Part shown: piece after piece, positions 44,292 to 54,624 of the stretch
Layout of the letters: every line of letters starts with the position of its first letter
How positions within the stretch are numbered: position 1 is the stretch's first letter
Assembly: GCA_963763775.1 (NCBI GenBank)
Contig: CAVXPZ010000001.1
Coordinates: 640,001 to 704,000 of the forward strand
Source of the DNA: an uncultured Chloroflexia bacterium
GTDB taxonomy: Bacteria > Chloroflexota > Limnocylindria > Limnocylindrales > CSP1-4
Reading direction: 5' to 3'
Length of the DNA: 64,000 bases
The notes under the pieces: model-generated
Told to the model about the DNA's origin: nothing
The model's input: the letters and a program-made list of their open reading frames with translations, nothing else
Databases searched by the model: none
Made by a program: the position numbers and the translations under genes

Positions 44292-45570
44292 GGTGGTGGG
44301 CGCCGTGTGCCCGCGTCAGCTCGCGGGCGAGGTCGGCCAGCGCCACGACCTTCTGCGTGCCGGCCGGCAGGTCGCGCACCTGGACCTCGCCGTGGGCGAG
44401 CTCGTCGCCGAGGATCACCGCGAAATGCGCGCCGTCGCGTGCGGCGGCCTCGAGCTGCTTCCCGAGCTTGCGGCGGCCGAGCTCCGCGCGAGCGACCAGC
44501 CCCGCAGCCCGGAGGTCCGTCGCCACACGGAAGCGCCCCGCCGTGTCGTCCGGGTCCGCGCCCACGACGACCACGACCGGTGCCGGGTCCGGCGGCGCCG
44601 CGGCCCCGGCCTCCTGGAGGGCCAGGACGACGCGGTCCAGGCCGATCCCGAAGCCGATCCCCGGCGTCGGGCGGCCGCCGAGCAGCTCGACCAGGCCGTC
44701 GTACCGGCCGCCGCCGCCGACCGCCTGCTGCTGGCCTTCCCGGCCGGCCACGAAGAACTCGAACGCGGTGCGGGTGTAGTAGTCGAGGCCCCGGACGAGC
44801 CCTGGATCCAGCCGGTACGGCACCCCGACCGCGTCGAGATGCGTCCGGACCGCCGCGAAGTGCTCCGCGCAGGCGTCGCACAAGTGGTCGGTGATGCGCG
44901 GCGCGCCCGCGTTGAGCGCCGCCATCGCGGGGTCCTTCGAATCGAGCAGGCGGAGGACGTTGCGGTCCAGCCGGTCGCGCTCCAGGGCCGGGAGCACGGC
45001 GGTGTGCCCACGGAAGTACGCGGTCAGCGTCTCGATATACGCGGGACGGCAGACCGGGTCGCCGATGGAGTTGAGGTGGACCTCGACGCCGTCGAGGCCC
45101 GCGTCGCGGAAGAACCGGGCACCGAGCTCGATGATCTCCGCGTCGATCGCGGGCCCCGGGTCCCCGATGGCCTCGACGTCGAACTGCCAGAACTGCCGGT
45201 ACCGCCCAGCCTGCGGTCGGTCGTACCGGAACATCGGCCCGGTCTCGGTGAGCTTCACGGGCTGCGGCCACGTCTGCATGCCGTGCTGGACATAGGCGCG
45301 GACGATGCCGGCCGTGGGCTCGGGACGGAGCGCCCATGACTCCGACTCCTCGGTCCGCGGCGCCAGGCGGAAGAGCTCCTTCTCGACGACGTCGGTGACC
45401 TCGCCGATCCCGCGCTCGAAGACGTCGGTCAGCTCGAACAGCGGCGTCTCGACTCGCCGGTAGCCGTACCGGGCCGCCAGGTCCGCGGCGAGCCGCTCGA
45501 GGCGGGTCCACGTCGGGGTCTCGGTCGGGAGGAGGTCGCGCGTGCCACGCGGCGCTCGAAAGCTGGGCAT
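44284..45570 (-). CDS. hisS: Histidine-tRNA ligase
   Basis: PRGTRD, LRPEPTA, FRYDRPQAGRYRQF, LVRGLDYY, GGGRYDGL. Confidence 0.96.
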   Translation of the reverse strand: MPSFRAPRGTRDLLPTETPTWTRLERLAADLAARYGYRRVETPLFELTDVFERGIGEVTDVVEKELFRLAPRTEESESWALRPEPTAGIVRAYVQHGMQTWPQPVKLTETGPMFRYDRPQAGRYRQFWQFDVEAIGDPGPAIDAEIIELGARFFRDAGLDGVEVHLNSIGDPVCRPAYIETLTAYFRGHTAVLPALERDRLDRNVLRLLDSKDPAMAALNAGAPRITDHLCDACAEHFAAVRTHLDAVGVPYRLDPGLVRGLDYYTRTAFEFFVAGREGQQQAVGGGGRYDGLVELLGGRPTPGIGFGIGLDRVVLALQEAGAAAPPDPAPVVVVVGADPDDTAGRFRVATDLRAAGLVARAELGRRKLGKQLEAAARDGAHFAVILGDELAHGEVQVRDLPAGTQKVVALADLARELTRAHGAHHHG

Positions 45571-45603
45571 CGCGGCGAAGTCTACCCGCGCGCTGCCCGA
45601 GGC

Positions 45604-45813
45604 TCAGCGGTAGTCGGCCTCATTGCGCGAATTGTCGGCATCGGAGAGCCGGTCGAAGGCGGCGAGCTTGTTGGCCTCGATGTCCGCCCGGAGGTCGTTC
45701 TGGGCGAGTTCACTGTCGAGCTCGTCGCCGTCCTTGCCCGACTCCTTGTCCGGCGCGAAGCCGCCCACGGCCTCGCCGCCGAGGAGCTTGTTGATCCTGT
45801 CGCGGATGCCCAT
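45604..45813 (-). CDS. 69-aa acidic hypothetical protein
   Basis: GGAGGT SD before ATG, TACACT upstream, GC3-rich codons. Confidence 0.65.
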   Translation of the reverse strand: MGIRDRINKLLGGEAVGGFAPDKESGKDGDELDSELAQNDLRADIEANKLAAFDRLSDADNSRNEADYR

Positions 45814-45888
45814 CACCACCTCCACCTCGTCGAGTCCGACGCTCGAACGGAGTGTATCCCCGCCGGCCGCCCCGGGGAGGACCCCGGC

Positions 45889-48147
45889 CTACCCGAGATC
45901 GCGCTGGACGTTGATGACATCCTTGAGATTCTCGATGCGGCCCATGACCCGCGCCAGCTGCGACACGGAGTGGACCTGGAGCGTGGCGGTCACGACGGCC
46001 GTGTGGTCGGGCGTCACCCCGACGTGGGCGGCCACGATGTTGACCTTGTTCTCCGCCACCACCTGCGTGATGTCCGACAGCAGGCCAGTGCGGTCGTAGG
46101 CCTCGACGCGGATGGCGATCGGATAGGTCTGGGTGGGCTCGGCCTCCCACTCCACCTCGATCAGGCGGCTGACCTCGCGCTCGTTGATGACCGTCGGGCA
46201 CGACTGCAGATGGACGGTCACGCCCTTGCCGCGGGTGATGAAGCCCACGATCGGGTCGCCCGGGATCGGGTGGCAGCACTTCGCGAAGCGGACGAGCAGG
46301 TCACCGACGCCCTTGACGCGCACGCCACCCGTCCGTGCGACCTGGTTGGCCGGCGCGACCGTGGGCAGCGTGCTCTGCCCGTCATCCACGACCCCGAGGC
46401 GCATGACCACGGTCTGGGCGCTGATGGCGCCGTAGCCGATCGCCGCGTAGAAGTCGTCGACCGTGTCGTGGTTGTACGCCTTGGCGACCTCGGCGATGCG
46501 GTCCACGCCGACCGTCGCGATGGAGGTCCGCGCGAGCCGGCGGAGCTCACGCTCGAGCGACTCGCGCCCGTGGACGATGTTCTCGTCGCGGTCCTTGCGC
46601 TTGAACCATTGGCGGATCTTCTCGCGCGCGTGGCTCGTGCGGACGACGTTCAGCCAGTCGCGCGAGGGACCGTGCTCGCCCTTGGTGGTCACGATCTCGA
46701 CGATGTCGCCGTTCTTGAGGCGATAGTCGAGCGGGACGAGGCGGTTGTTGACCTTCGCCCCGATCGTGCGGTGGCCGACGTCGGTGTGGATGCGATAGGC
46801 GAAGTCGAGCGGTGTCGCGCCGGCCGGCAGGTCCTTGATGTCGCCCTTGGGCGTGAAGACGAAGACCTGGTCCTGGAAGATGTCGAGCTTGATGCCCTCG
46901 ACGAACTCGGTCGCATCCGAGTCGGACACGTCGCGCTGCCAGTCCATGAGCTGGCGGAGCCAGGCGAGCTTGGCGTCGTACTCGCGGTCGGACTTGGTCC
47001 CTTCCTTGTACCGCCAGTGCGCCGCGATGCCCACCTCGGAGACCTGGTGCATCTGGTGGGTGCGGATCTGGATCTCGAGGGGCTTGCCGTCGATGGCGAT
47101 GACGGCCGTGTGCAGCGACTGGTACCGGTTGTTCTTGGGGACCGCGATGTAGTCGTCGAACTGCCCGGGGATCGGGCGCCACAGCGAGTGGACGATGCCG
47201 AGCGCCGCGTAGCAGTCGCGGACCTCGTCGACGAGCAGGCGGATGGCGTAGACGTCGTAGATCTCGCCGAACTCCGCGCCCTTGCGCTGCATCTTCTTCC
47301 AGATGCTGTAGATGTGCTTCGGCCGGCCCTCGATGTCCGCGACGATCCCGGCGGCGTCGAGCCGCGGCCGGAGCTCGGCGATGGCCCGCTCGATGTACGT
47401 CTCGCGGCCCTTGCGGCGCGTGTCGAGGAGCTTGGCGAGCTCGCGGAACCGCTCCGGCTCCAGCGCCTTGAAGGCGAGGTCCTCGAGCTCCCACTTCATC
47501 TGCCAGATCCCGAGCCGCTCGGCGAGCGGGGCGTAGATCTCCATCGTCTGGCGGGCGATCCGCTGCTGCTTCTCGCTGGGGAGGCCGTACAGGGTCCGCA
47601 TGTTGTGGAGGCGGTCGGCGAGCTTGATCAGGACGACCCGGATGTCCTGGGCCATCGCGAGGAGCATCTTGCGGATGTTCTCGGCCTGCTGCTGCTCGTG
47701 GCTGTGGGTGCTGAACTTCGAGAGCTTCGTGACGCCGTCGACGAGCTGCGCGACCTCGGGTCCGAACCGCTCCTCGACATCGGTGAGGCTGTACTCGGTG
47801 TCCTCCGGGACGTCGTGCAGGAGCGCGGCCATGATCGCGATCGGATCGACGCCGAGCTCCGCGAGGATCTGCGCCGACGCGATGGGGTGCGTCACGTAGG
47901 GCTCGCCGGTGGCGCGTCGCTGCCCCTCGTGCGCCTCGACCGCGAGGTCGAACGCCTCGTTGACCGCCGTCAGGTCCGCGTCGGGGTATCGGTCGGCGAT
48001 GGAGGCGAAGAGCGACGTCCTGAGCACGCCGAGGTCCGCGTCGCCGCCGGCGGGGCCCTTCGGGATGGCCGGTGCGCGCCGAGGCCCACGCCGGGCGCCG
48101 GCGGCGCCCTCGTGATCGGGCTTCGTGCGTGGCGGAGTGGTCGACAT
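45889..48147 (-). CDS. rel: Bifunctional (p)ppGpp synthetase/hydrolase Rel
   Basis: LLHDVPED, KLADRLHNMRT, RPKHIYSI, YQSLHT, EIQIRT; TGS, AKCC and ACT regions. Confidence 0.96.
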   Translation of the reverse strand: MSTTPPRTKPDHEGAAGARRGPRRAPAIPKGPAGGDADLGVLRTSLFASIADRYPDADLTAVNEAFDLAVEAHEGQRRATGEPYVTHPIASAQILAELGVDPIAIMAALLHDVPEDTEYSLTDVEERFGPEVAQLVDGVTKLSKFSTHSHEQQQAENIRKMLLAMAQDIRVVLIKLADRLHNMRTLYGLPSEKQQRIARQTMEIYAPLAERLGIWQMKWELEDLAFKALEPERFRELAKLLDTRRKGRETYIERAIAELRPRLDAAGIVADIEGRPKHIYSIWKKMQRKGAEFGEIYDVYAIRLLVDEVRDCYAALGIVHSLWRPIPGQFDDYIAVPKNNRYQSLHTAVIAIDGKPLEIQIRTHQMHQVSEVGIAAHWRYKEGTKSDREYDAKLAWLRQLMDWQRDVSDSDATEFVEGIKLDIFQDQVFVFTPKGDIKDLPAGATPLDFAYRIHTDVGHRTIGAKVNNRLVPLDYRLKNGDIVEIVTTKGEHGPSRDWLNVVRTSHAREKIRQWFKRKDRDENIVHGRESLERELRRLARTSIATVGVDRIAEVAKAYNHDTVDDFYAAIGYGAISAQTVVMRLGVVDDGQSTLPTVAPANQVARTGGVRVKGVGDLLVRFAKCCHPIPGDPIVGFITRGKGVTVHLQSCPTVINEREVSRLIEVEWEAEPTQTYPIAIRVEAYDRTGLLSDITQVVAENKVNIVAAHVGVTPDHTAVVTATLQVHSVSQLARVMGRIENLKDVINVQRDLG

Positions 48148-48201
48148 CGGCCGCAAGGATAGCAGCGGGTCCCGGCCCCGCCGATCGGCCGAAGGTGCCG
48201 G

Positions 48202-49912
48202 TCAGCCGAACCCGAGGTCCCGGAGGGCCGCCTCGGCCTCGGCGCGCTCGTCCCAGGGCAGCGGGCCCTCCGGGCCGATGATCGAGCGCTCGTGGCCCTT
48301 GCCCGCGAGGAGCACGACGTCGCCCGGCCTGGCGCGCTCGAACGCGGCCGCGATGGCGGTCCGGCGGTCGGCGATGACCAGCAGGTCGTGGCCGCGTCGC
48401 TTGCCCGCGGCCTCCGCGCCGTGCGCGATGGCCTCGAGGATGGCATCGCGGTCCTCCAGGCGCGGGTCCTCGTCGGTCACGACGACGAGCCGTGCACGCT
48501 CGCCCGCGATCCGACCCATCAGCGGCCGCTTGGCCGTGTCGCGCTCACCGGCCGACCCGAACAGGGCGATCACCCCGCCGCCGCGGGCCGCGGCCACGGG
48601 CGCCAGGAGGTCCAGGACCGTCTGGAGCGAGGCCGGGCTGTGGGCGTAGTCCACGACGACCCCGAACGGCTGTCCGCGATCCACGCGCTCCATCCGTCCC
48701 GGCACCGACCGCACGCCCTCGAGCCCCGCCCGGACGGCAGCCGGGTCGAGGCCGACGGCCTCCCCGAGCGCGACGACCGCCAGCGCGTTGTGGACGTTGA
48801 AGCGACCGGCGAGCTGCAGGCGGAGGATGCCGTCCCCACTCGGCGCCCCGTAGGCCACGCGCAGGCCATCCGAATCCTCCTCGACGCGGGTGGCACGGAC
48901 GTCGGCGGACGGATCCGTCCCGTAGGTGAGGACGCGGGCGCCCGCCTCCTGCGTCACCCCGACGAACAGACCGGCGGAGGGATCGTCGGCATTGACGATC
49001 CCGGTCTTCGGCCATCGCCGGTCCTGCGGCTTCTCGGCGACGGCGTGCGCGGCGGCGGCGCCGCGGACCCCCGCCCCGAGTCGTTCGAACAGCGACAGCT
49101 TCGCCGTGCGATATGCCTCCCAGGTGCCGTGGAACTCGAGGTGCTCATGGGTGACGTTGGTGAGGATCGCGACGTCGTAGGCCACCGAGCCGACGCGATC
49201 GAGCGCGAGACCGTGCGACGTGGTCTCGAGGACGACCGCCCGATCCCCCGCGGCGACCATCGCACGAAGAGCCGCCTGGAGGTGCGGCGCGTCCGGCGTC
49301 GTGGCATGGGCCTCGTTGGGCGCCTCGTGCCCGCCGATGCGCGTCGCCGCGGTGCCGATCATCCCGGCCCGCACGCCCGCCGCCTCCAGCGCGGCCCGTG
49401 CCAGGAACGAGGTCGTGGTCTTGCCGTCCGTGCCGGTGATCCCGAGGACCGCGAGTTCGCGGCTCGGGTCGCCGTACCGCCACGCGGCGGCGGTCGCGAG
49501 CGCGGCCTGGCTGCGCTCGACGATGAGCTGGGCCGTCGGGGACTCGCGGAGGGCCCGTTCGACGATCACGGCGGACGCTCCGGCCGCGATCGCTCGCTCG
49601 ACGAAGTCGTGCCCGTCGACATGCGCGCCGGGGATCGCCACGAACAAGGACCCGGGACGTACGGCGCGCGAGTCGTCGGTGACGCCACGGACCTCGATCC
49701 CGGCGAGGCCGTGCGGGCCGATCGCCCGCCCGTCGAGCCTGGCGCCTCGCAGCCGGCCCTCGGCCGTCAGACGGTCGATCAGCCCGGCGAGCGCCGCGGG
49801 ATCGCCCGGCTCGACCGCCGCGAGGAGGTCGCGGATGGCCAGCGCGGACGTGCGCCGCGGACTCGGCCGCGGCTGTGGCGTCGGCCGCGGCTGCGGCGTC
49901 GGGGTCCGTCAC
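48202..49912 (-). CDS. murE: UDP-MurNAc-tripeptide synthetase (frameshift near 5' end, about 49850)
   Basis: DSRAVRPGSLFVA, GITGTDGKTT, ETTSHGL, EHLEFH, PGRME, VDYAH, GERD..KR, DEDPR, AGKGHE. Confidence 0.92.
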
Positions 49913-51015
49913 CGGCCGACCATCCGTGCCGCTCGGGCGATCGCGCGACCGGCCGCGTAGCGACGTGGCCGGAACACGCGCTCGTGCGCACCGGCCAGCT
50001 CCAGCCACTGCCCGCCGAACGAGAGCTTGTGCTGGTACAGGCCCCACATCGGCTCACCCTCGACGGGTCGGCGGCGGGCGCCGGCGACGTCGGCACCGCC
50101 GAGGTCCATCTCGCGCCGGTCCTCGCGGATCGCGAGCTGGATCGCGCGCCATCGGGCGAGGTGGAGGGCGCCGGGATGCTGCCGCCGGGTCTCGGCCCGG
50201 TCGCCGGAGTGGACCGTGGACAGGCGGTCGCCATGGCGGTACAGGACGAGGCCGGCGATGGGGTCGGGCGCGGCCGCGTCGACGACCTCGAGGTAGACGA
50301 GATGGCCAGCGGCATGGGCGCGCCGCCACCAGCCCGTGAAGCTGTCGCGCGGCCCGAACGTGAAGTGACGCCGCTCCCCGGTCGCGAGCAGGAGGTCGTA
50401 GAAACCGTCCAGGGCGACGGCCGTCGAACCTGCGGGCGCGCCGGTGAACCCGTCCCCTGCCCCATCGGGTGCAAGGCGGACGTCATGGCGGATCACGACC
50501 AGGTCCGACGCCTCGGCGGCGCGGATCCGCTGCCGCGTCGACTTCGCGATGTGCCCGAAGGCCAGCATCTCGTCGACGCCCGCCTCCAGCGGCAGGCGGA
50601 TCCGATGCCGCGACGGCTGGATCTCCTCGATCGGATGGAAGCCGGCCCCCTGGATCGTGGTCGCGAAGGCTGTGTCATCGGCCGGGACCTCCGGGTCGGC
50701 CGCCACGACGTCGATCCCGCCCATGGCGAGCGCCTCGGCCGCCTCGACCTGTCGGGTGGCGAGCACCGCGCCGTCAGCGCCCATGCCTGCCGGGCCGCGC
50801 GGGATGTAGGCACTCCCGCCGCCGATGAGCGCCCAGCGGCGTTCGAGCGCGAGCACCCGCCCGCCGTCGTCCATCGCAAGGAACCGCGGCGTCCAGCCAG
50901 AGGCTTCGCGGTGCGCGGCCCAGGCCCGCGATTGGTAGACGTGCCCACCCGGTGCGTCGACGGCGACGGCGTCCCAGGCCGCCAGGTCCGCCTCGGTGGC
51001 GTCGTGCGTGGTCAA
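49909..51015 (-). CDS. FemABX-family peptidoglycan bridge aminoacyl transferase (2)
   Basis: HVYQSRAWA, AYIPRGP, KSTRQRIR, MDLGG, GLYQHKLSFGG. Confidence 0.82.
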   Translation of the reverse strand: MTTHDATEADLAAWDAVAVDAPGGHVYQSRAWAAHREASGWTPRFLAMDDGGRVLALERRWALIGGGSAYIPRGPAGMGADGAVLATRQVEAAEALAMGGIDVVAADPEVPADDTAFATTIQGAGFHPIEEIQPSRHRIRLPLEAGVDEMLAFGHIAKSTRQRIRAAEASDLVVIRHDVRLAPDGAGDGFTGAPAGSTAVALDGFYDLLLATGERRHFTFGPRDSFTGWWRRAHAAGHLVYLEVVDAAAPDPIAGLVLYRHGDRLSTVHSGDRAETRRQHPGALHLARWRAIQLAIREDRREMDLGGADVAGARRRPVEGEPMWGLYQHKLSFGGQWLELAGAHERVFRPRRYAAGRAIARAARMVGR

Positions 51016-52073
51016 TCGGCGCCCCCGAAGCCCGCCGCCCCGGTCGCGCCGGCGACGCCATGCCGGCGGCGTGCCCAACGGACGCGCGCCTTGCCAGCGG
51101 CCTCGTAGGCCTGCCGACCCAGCGGATCGAGCACCAGGTCCCACGCCCCGATGTAGCGGACCTCGCGTCCGCCGAACCCGGTCTTGAAGTGGGCGATGCC
51201 GCCGGTGGCCAGACCCCACAGGTCGTAGCTCGTGGCGCCGGCCTCCCGCGAGGACCGGATCGCCTCCCACTTGAGCAGGTAGTTCGCCCGCGATTCGGCG
51301 CCGGCGGCCGTCATCCCGCCGTACGGTTCGACGACCCGCGGACCGCACCGGACGAGGAAGAGCGTCGCCACGGGATCACCGTCCGCGGTCTGGGCGAAGA
51401 GCAGTCGGGCGTTCCCGGCCGGCCGGTAGGCCTCCCACACGTCGCGATACGCCGCCTCCGTCCGGATGAGGAAGCCGGCCCGATCGGCGGTCTCGCGGTA
51501 GATCCGGTAGAACTCCCCGAGACGGTCGCCTTCCGCGTCCACCACCACGATCCCGCCGGACCGGGCCTTGTTCACGTACTGGCGCCACTTCTTGCGAAGG
51601 TCGCCCCAGAGCGCGGCCTCGTCGGCGTGGAGGTCGATGATCCGCGTCGAGCTCGGCTGGACCGCCGGTGCCGGCCGCCAACCGGCGACGCGGAACGCCA
51701 GCTGGGCGGCGCGATCCGGGTCGAGCGGGCCCTCGGATTCGATCTCGGGATCGACGCGGAGGTGGCTCACGCGTCCCGCGACCCGCGGCAGGTCCGTCCG
51801 GCAGGCCTCCGTGAATGCCGACACGGCGTCGGGGTCCCAGGTGGCGGCCACCGGTCCGCGCGGCGCATAGGCGAACCCCCACGGCATGGGGCGCGGCCGG
51901 CGGACGAGGATCTGCGCGCCGATGCGCGGCTGCGCGGGGTCGGTCTCGATCCGGTGGGCGGTCCAGCCGTTCACGGCCTTGACGCGGGCCCAGGCGGACA
52001 GCTGCAGGTACGAACCGGGCTCGCTCGCGGCGACGAGGTCGTCCCAGGCCGATTCGTCGGCGGGCGACGTCAC
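51012..52073 (-). CDS. FemABX-family peptidoglycan bridge aminoacyl transferase (1)
   Basis: YLQLSAWARVK, AYAPRGP, KKWRQYV, NYLLKWEAI, YDLWG, FKTGFGG. Confidence 0.87.
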   Translation of the reverse strand: MTSPADESAWDDLVAASEPGSYLQLSAWARVKAVNGWTAHRIETDPAQPRIGAQILVRRPRPMPWGFAYAPRGPVAATWDPDAVSAFTEACRTDLPRVAGRVSHLRVDPEIESEGPLDPDRAAQLAFRVAGWRPAPAVQPSSTRIIDLHADEAALWGDLRKKWRQYVNKARSGGIVVVDAEGDRLGEFYRIYRETADRAGFLIRTEAAYRDVWEAYRPAGNARLLFAQTADGDPVATLFLVRCGPRVVEPYGGMTAAGAESRANYLLKWEAIRSSREAGATSYDLWGLATGGIAHFKTGFGGREVRYIGAWDLVLDPLGRQAYEAAGKARVRWARRRHGVAGATGAAGFGGAD

Positions 52074-53641
52074 GACCGTCGCGGGCGGCGGAGCACGTCG
52101 ACCATGACCCCGACGATAGACGGCAGTTCCGGGATCCGCAACACGAGCGAGACGCCGGCGTAGGCCAGGCCGAACGCCACGCTCACGATGGTCGCCTCGA
52201 CGATCACCACGAGCCGGCCCGGATCGGCGCCGAGCACGCCTTCGACGGCCCCGAGGACCACGTAGCCCACCGCGCCCGCCACGATGCCCGCCGCGATCGA
52301 CTCGAGGCCGACCCGGAGCAGGCCCTGCGCCGTGAAGTGGAACAGACGCCGGTGCAGGATCACGAGCAGCGCCAAAGCCTCGATCCAGGCCGCTACCGCG
52401 ATCGCGATGGCGATGCCGGCGAGCCCGTACGGATCCACGAGGACCACGGCCAACGTGCAGTTGATCGCCACGGCGGCGACGGCCGCCAGGACCGGCGTGA
52501 GCGTGTCCTGGCGGGCATAGAACGCCCGGGCCAGGACCGCGATGAGCGCGTGGGCGGTGAGCCCGATCATGAAGCACAGCAGCGTGGTCGCGATCAGGTC
52601 GAGGTCAGCGGGGCTGACCCGCTCCGACCCGAACAGGATCTCGACCACCTGCGTCCGCAGGACCCCGGTCGCGATGGCGATCGGCACCATCACGTAGACG
52701 AGGAGCCGCAAAGCCCGGGTCAACAGGTCGACGTAAGCGATCTCGCGCCCGACCGCGGCTTCGCGCGACAGGGAGGGCAGCAGGACGATCCCGAGCGGCA
52801 CACCGATGATCCCGAGAGGGATCTGGAGCAGGGCGAACGCGAAGTTGAAGTCCGACACGGCCCCCACGCCGAGGCCGCTCGCGAGCGCGGTCACGACGAT
52901 GAAGGTGATCTGGGTCACGCCGAGCCCGAAGGCCCGCGGCGCCATCAGCACGAGGGCGCGCCGGGCCTGCGGGTCCGCGGTGTCGATGCGCGGCTGATAG
53001 CGGAACCCGAGGCGGGCCATCGGGCGGAGCTGGACGAGGAGATGGCCGAGCGACCCGAGGACGACGCCGATCGCCAAACCCTCGATGCCGAGCGAGACGC
53101 CGAGGGTCTTGGCGGCCACGATGATCACGAGGTTGTAGACGATCGGCGCCACGGCTGAGGCGGCGAACCGGCCCCCCGAGTTGAGGACACTCGTCGCGAC
53201 CGCCCCGAGTGCGAGGAAGATCGGGCTCAGCAACATGATCCGCGTCAGCTGGACGGTCTTGTCGAGCTCGGCTGGCCCGAATCCGGGCGTGATGAAGCCC
53301 ATGACCTGCGGCGCGAGGACGAACAGGACGACGGCCAGGGTCACCAGCGCGATCAACATCAGGTTGACCACGGTCGAGACGACCCGCCAGGCACGCTGCT
53401 GCTCGTTGGATGTGAACAGCCCCGAGACGATCGGGATGAGCGCGGACGACAACGCGCCGGCCGCCACGAGCTGGAAGATCAGGTCCGGGATGCGGAACGC
53501 GGCGAAGAACGCGTCGAGCTCCGGGCCGACGCGGAACGTGTCGGCGATGACGAAGATCCGGACGTACCCGAGGATCCGCGAGATCAGGAACGCGCCCGAG
53601 ACCACGAGGCCGGCGCGCGCCAGGGTCCGGGTCGCGCTCAC
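52070..53641 (-). CDS. murJ: Lipid II flippase MurJ/MviN
   Basis: SRILGYVR, DAFFAAFRIPD, GALSSALIP, RAFYARQDTLTP; many TM helices. Confidence 0.93.
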   Translation of the reverse strand: MSATRTLARAGLVVSGAFLISRILGYVRIFVIADTFRVGPELDAFFAAFRIPDLIFQLVAAGALSSALIPIVSGLFTSNEQQRAWRVVSTVVNLMLIALVTLAVVLFVLAPQVMGFITPGFGPAELDKTVQLTRIMLLSPIFLALGAVATSVLNSGGRFAASAVAPIVYNLVIIVAAKTLGVSLGIEGLAIGVVLGSLGHLLVQLRPMARLGFRYQPRIDTADPQARRALVLMAPRAFGLGVTQITFIVVTALASGLGVGAVSDFNFAFALLQIPLGIIGVPLGIVLLPSLSREAAVGREIAYVDLLTRALRLLVYVMVPIAIATGVLRTQVVEILFGSERVSPADLDLIATTLLCFMIGLTAHALIAVLARAFYARQDTLTPVLAAVAAVAINCTLAVVLVDPYGLAGIAIAIAVAAWIEALALLVILHRRLFHFTAQGLLRVGLESIAAGIVAGAVGYVVLGAVEGVLGADPGRLVVIVEATIVSVAFGLAYAGVSLVLRIPELPSIVGVMVDVLRRPRRS

Positions 53642-54624
53642 GGCGCTGGGTCGCGTCGCGCCCGAGGGTGCGCCTCCCGGTACGCCGACCGGAGCCGCGT
53701 CGGCGACACGTGCGTGTAGATCTGCGTCGTCGCGAGGCTCTCGTGCCCGAGGAGTTCCTGGACGACCCGAAGATCCGCCCCCCCGTCGAGCAGGTGCGTC
53801 GCGAACGAGTGCCGCAGTGTGTGCGGCGAGACGCCGTCCGGCAGGCCCGCCCGCCGACGGATCCGGTCCAGGCGGTATCGGAGCCCCCGGACCCCCAGGG
53901 GCGCCCCACGGTGGTTCAGGAAGACCTGGGTCGGCGGGGCGGCCTCGTCCGTGCGACCCGCGAGGAGGACCGAGCGCCCTTCGGCGAGGTACGCCTCCAG
54001 CGCCGAGCGCGCCGGGCCGCCGAGCAGCCCGATCCGTTGCTTTCGCCCCTTGCCGATGACACGCAGCTCGCCGCGACGAAGGTCGAGCTCGCCGAGCTCT
54101 GCCTCGGCGAGCTCACTGATCCGGAGACCGGCCGCGTAGGCGGTCTCGACGAGGGCCCGGTCACGCAGCGCGATGGCGACGGCCGGCGCGGTGTGCGACG
54201 GCGTGCCGGCGCGGTGGGCCGCCTCCAGGTCCGCGGTCACGACGTCGAGCATCGCGTCGACCTCGGCGATCTCGAGGACCCTCGGGAGGCGGCCGGGCTG
54301 GCGCGGGGTCGCGATGGCGCCCCACGGGTCACCGGGCGCGAGACCGTCTCGCGCCGCCCAGCGATGGAAGGAGCGGATCGCGGCAAGGCGCTGCGCGACC
54401 GACGAGCGGGCATGCCCGGTGGTCAGGGTCGCGAGATAGGCCCGCAGGTCCGCACGCGCCGGCTGCCGCCAGTCGACGCCGCGGGCGTCGAGCCAACCGA
54501 GGTAGGCCGCGATCGAGCTGCGGTACGACCGCCGGGTATGCGGGGAGGCGTCGCGCGCGGCGAGGGTCCGGAGGAAGCGCTCGAGGGCAGGAGGGATCGC
54601 GGGGTCGGACGCGACCCCGCTCAC
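53638..54624 (-). CDS. xerC: Tyrosine recombinase XerC-like
   Basis: [53 protein letters not shown]; follows topA. Confidence 0.85.
   Translation of the reverse strand: MSGVASDPAIPPALERFLRTLAARDASPHTRRSYRSSIAAYLGWLDARGVDWRQPARADLRAYLATLTTGHARSSVAQRLAAIRSFHRWAARDGLAPGDPWGAIATPRQPGRLPRVLEIAEVDAMLDVVTADLEAAHRAGTPSHTAPAVAIALRDRALVETAYAAGLRISELAEAELGELDLRRGELRVIGKGRKQRIGLLGGPARSALEAYLAEGRSVLLAGRTDEAAPPTQVFLNHRGAPLGVRGLRYRLDRIRRRAGLPDGVSPHTLRHSFATHLLDGGADLRVVQELLGHESLATTQIYTHVSPTRLRSAYREAHPRARRDPAP

Noticed and set aside
45970-51108. Long plus-strand ORFs (730 aa, 938 aa and similar elsewhere)
   Set aside because: Antisense shadows of rel, murE and other genes; no motifs, expected from GC3 bias
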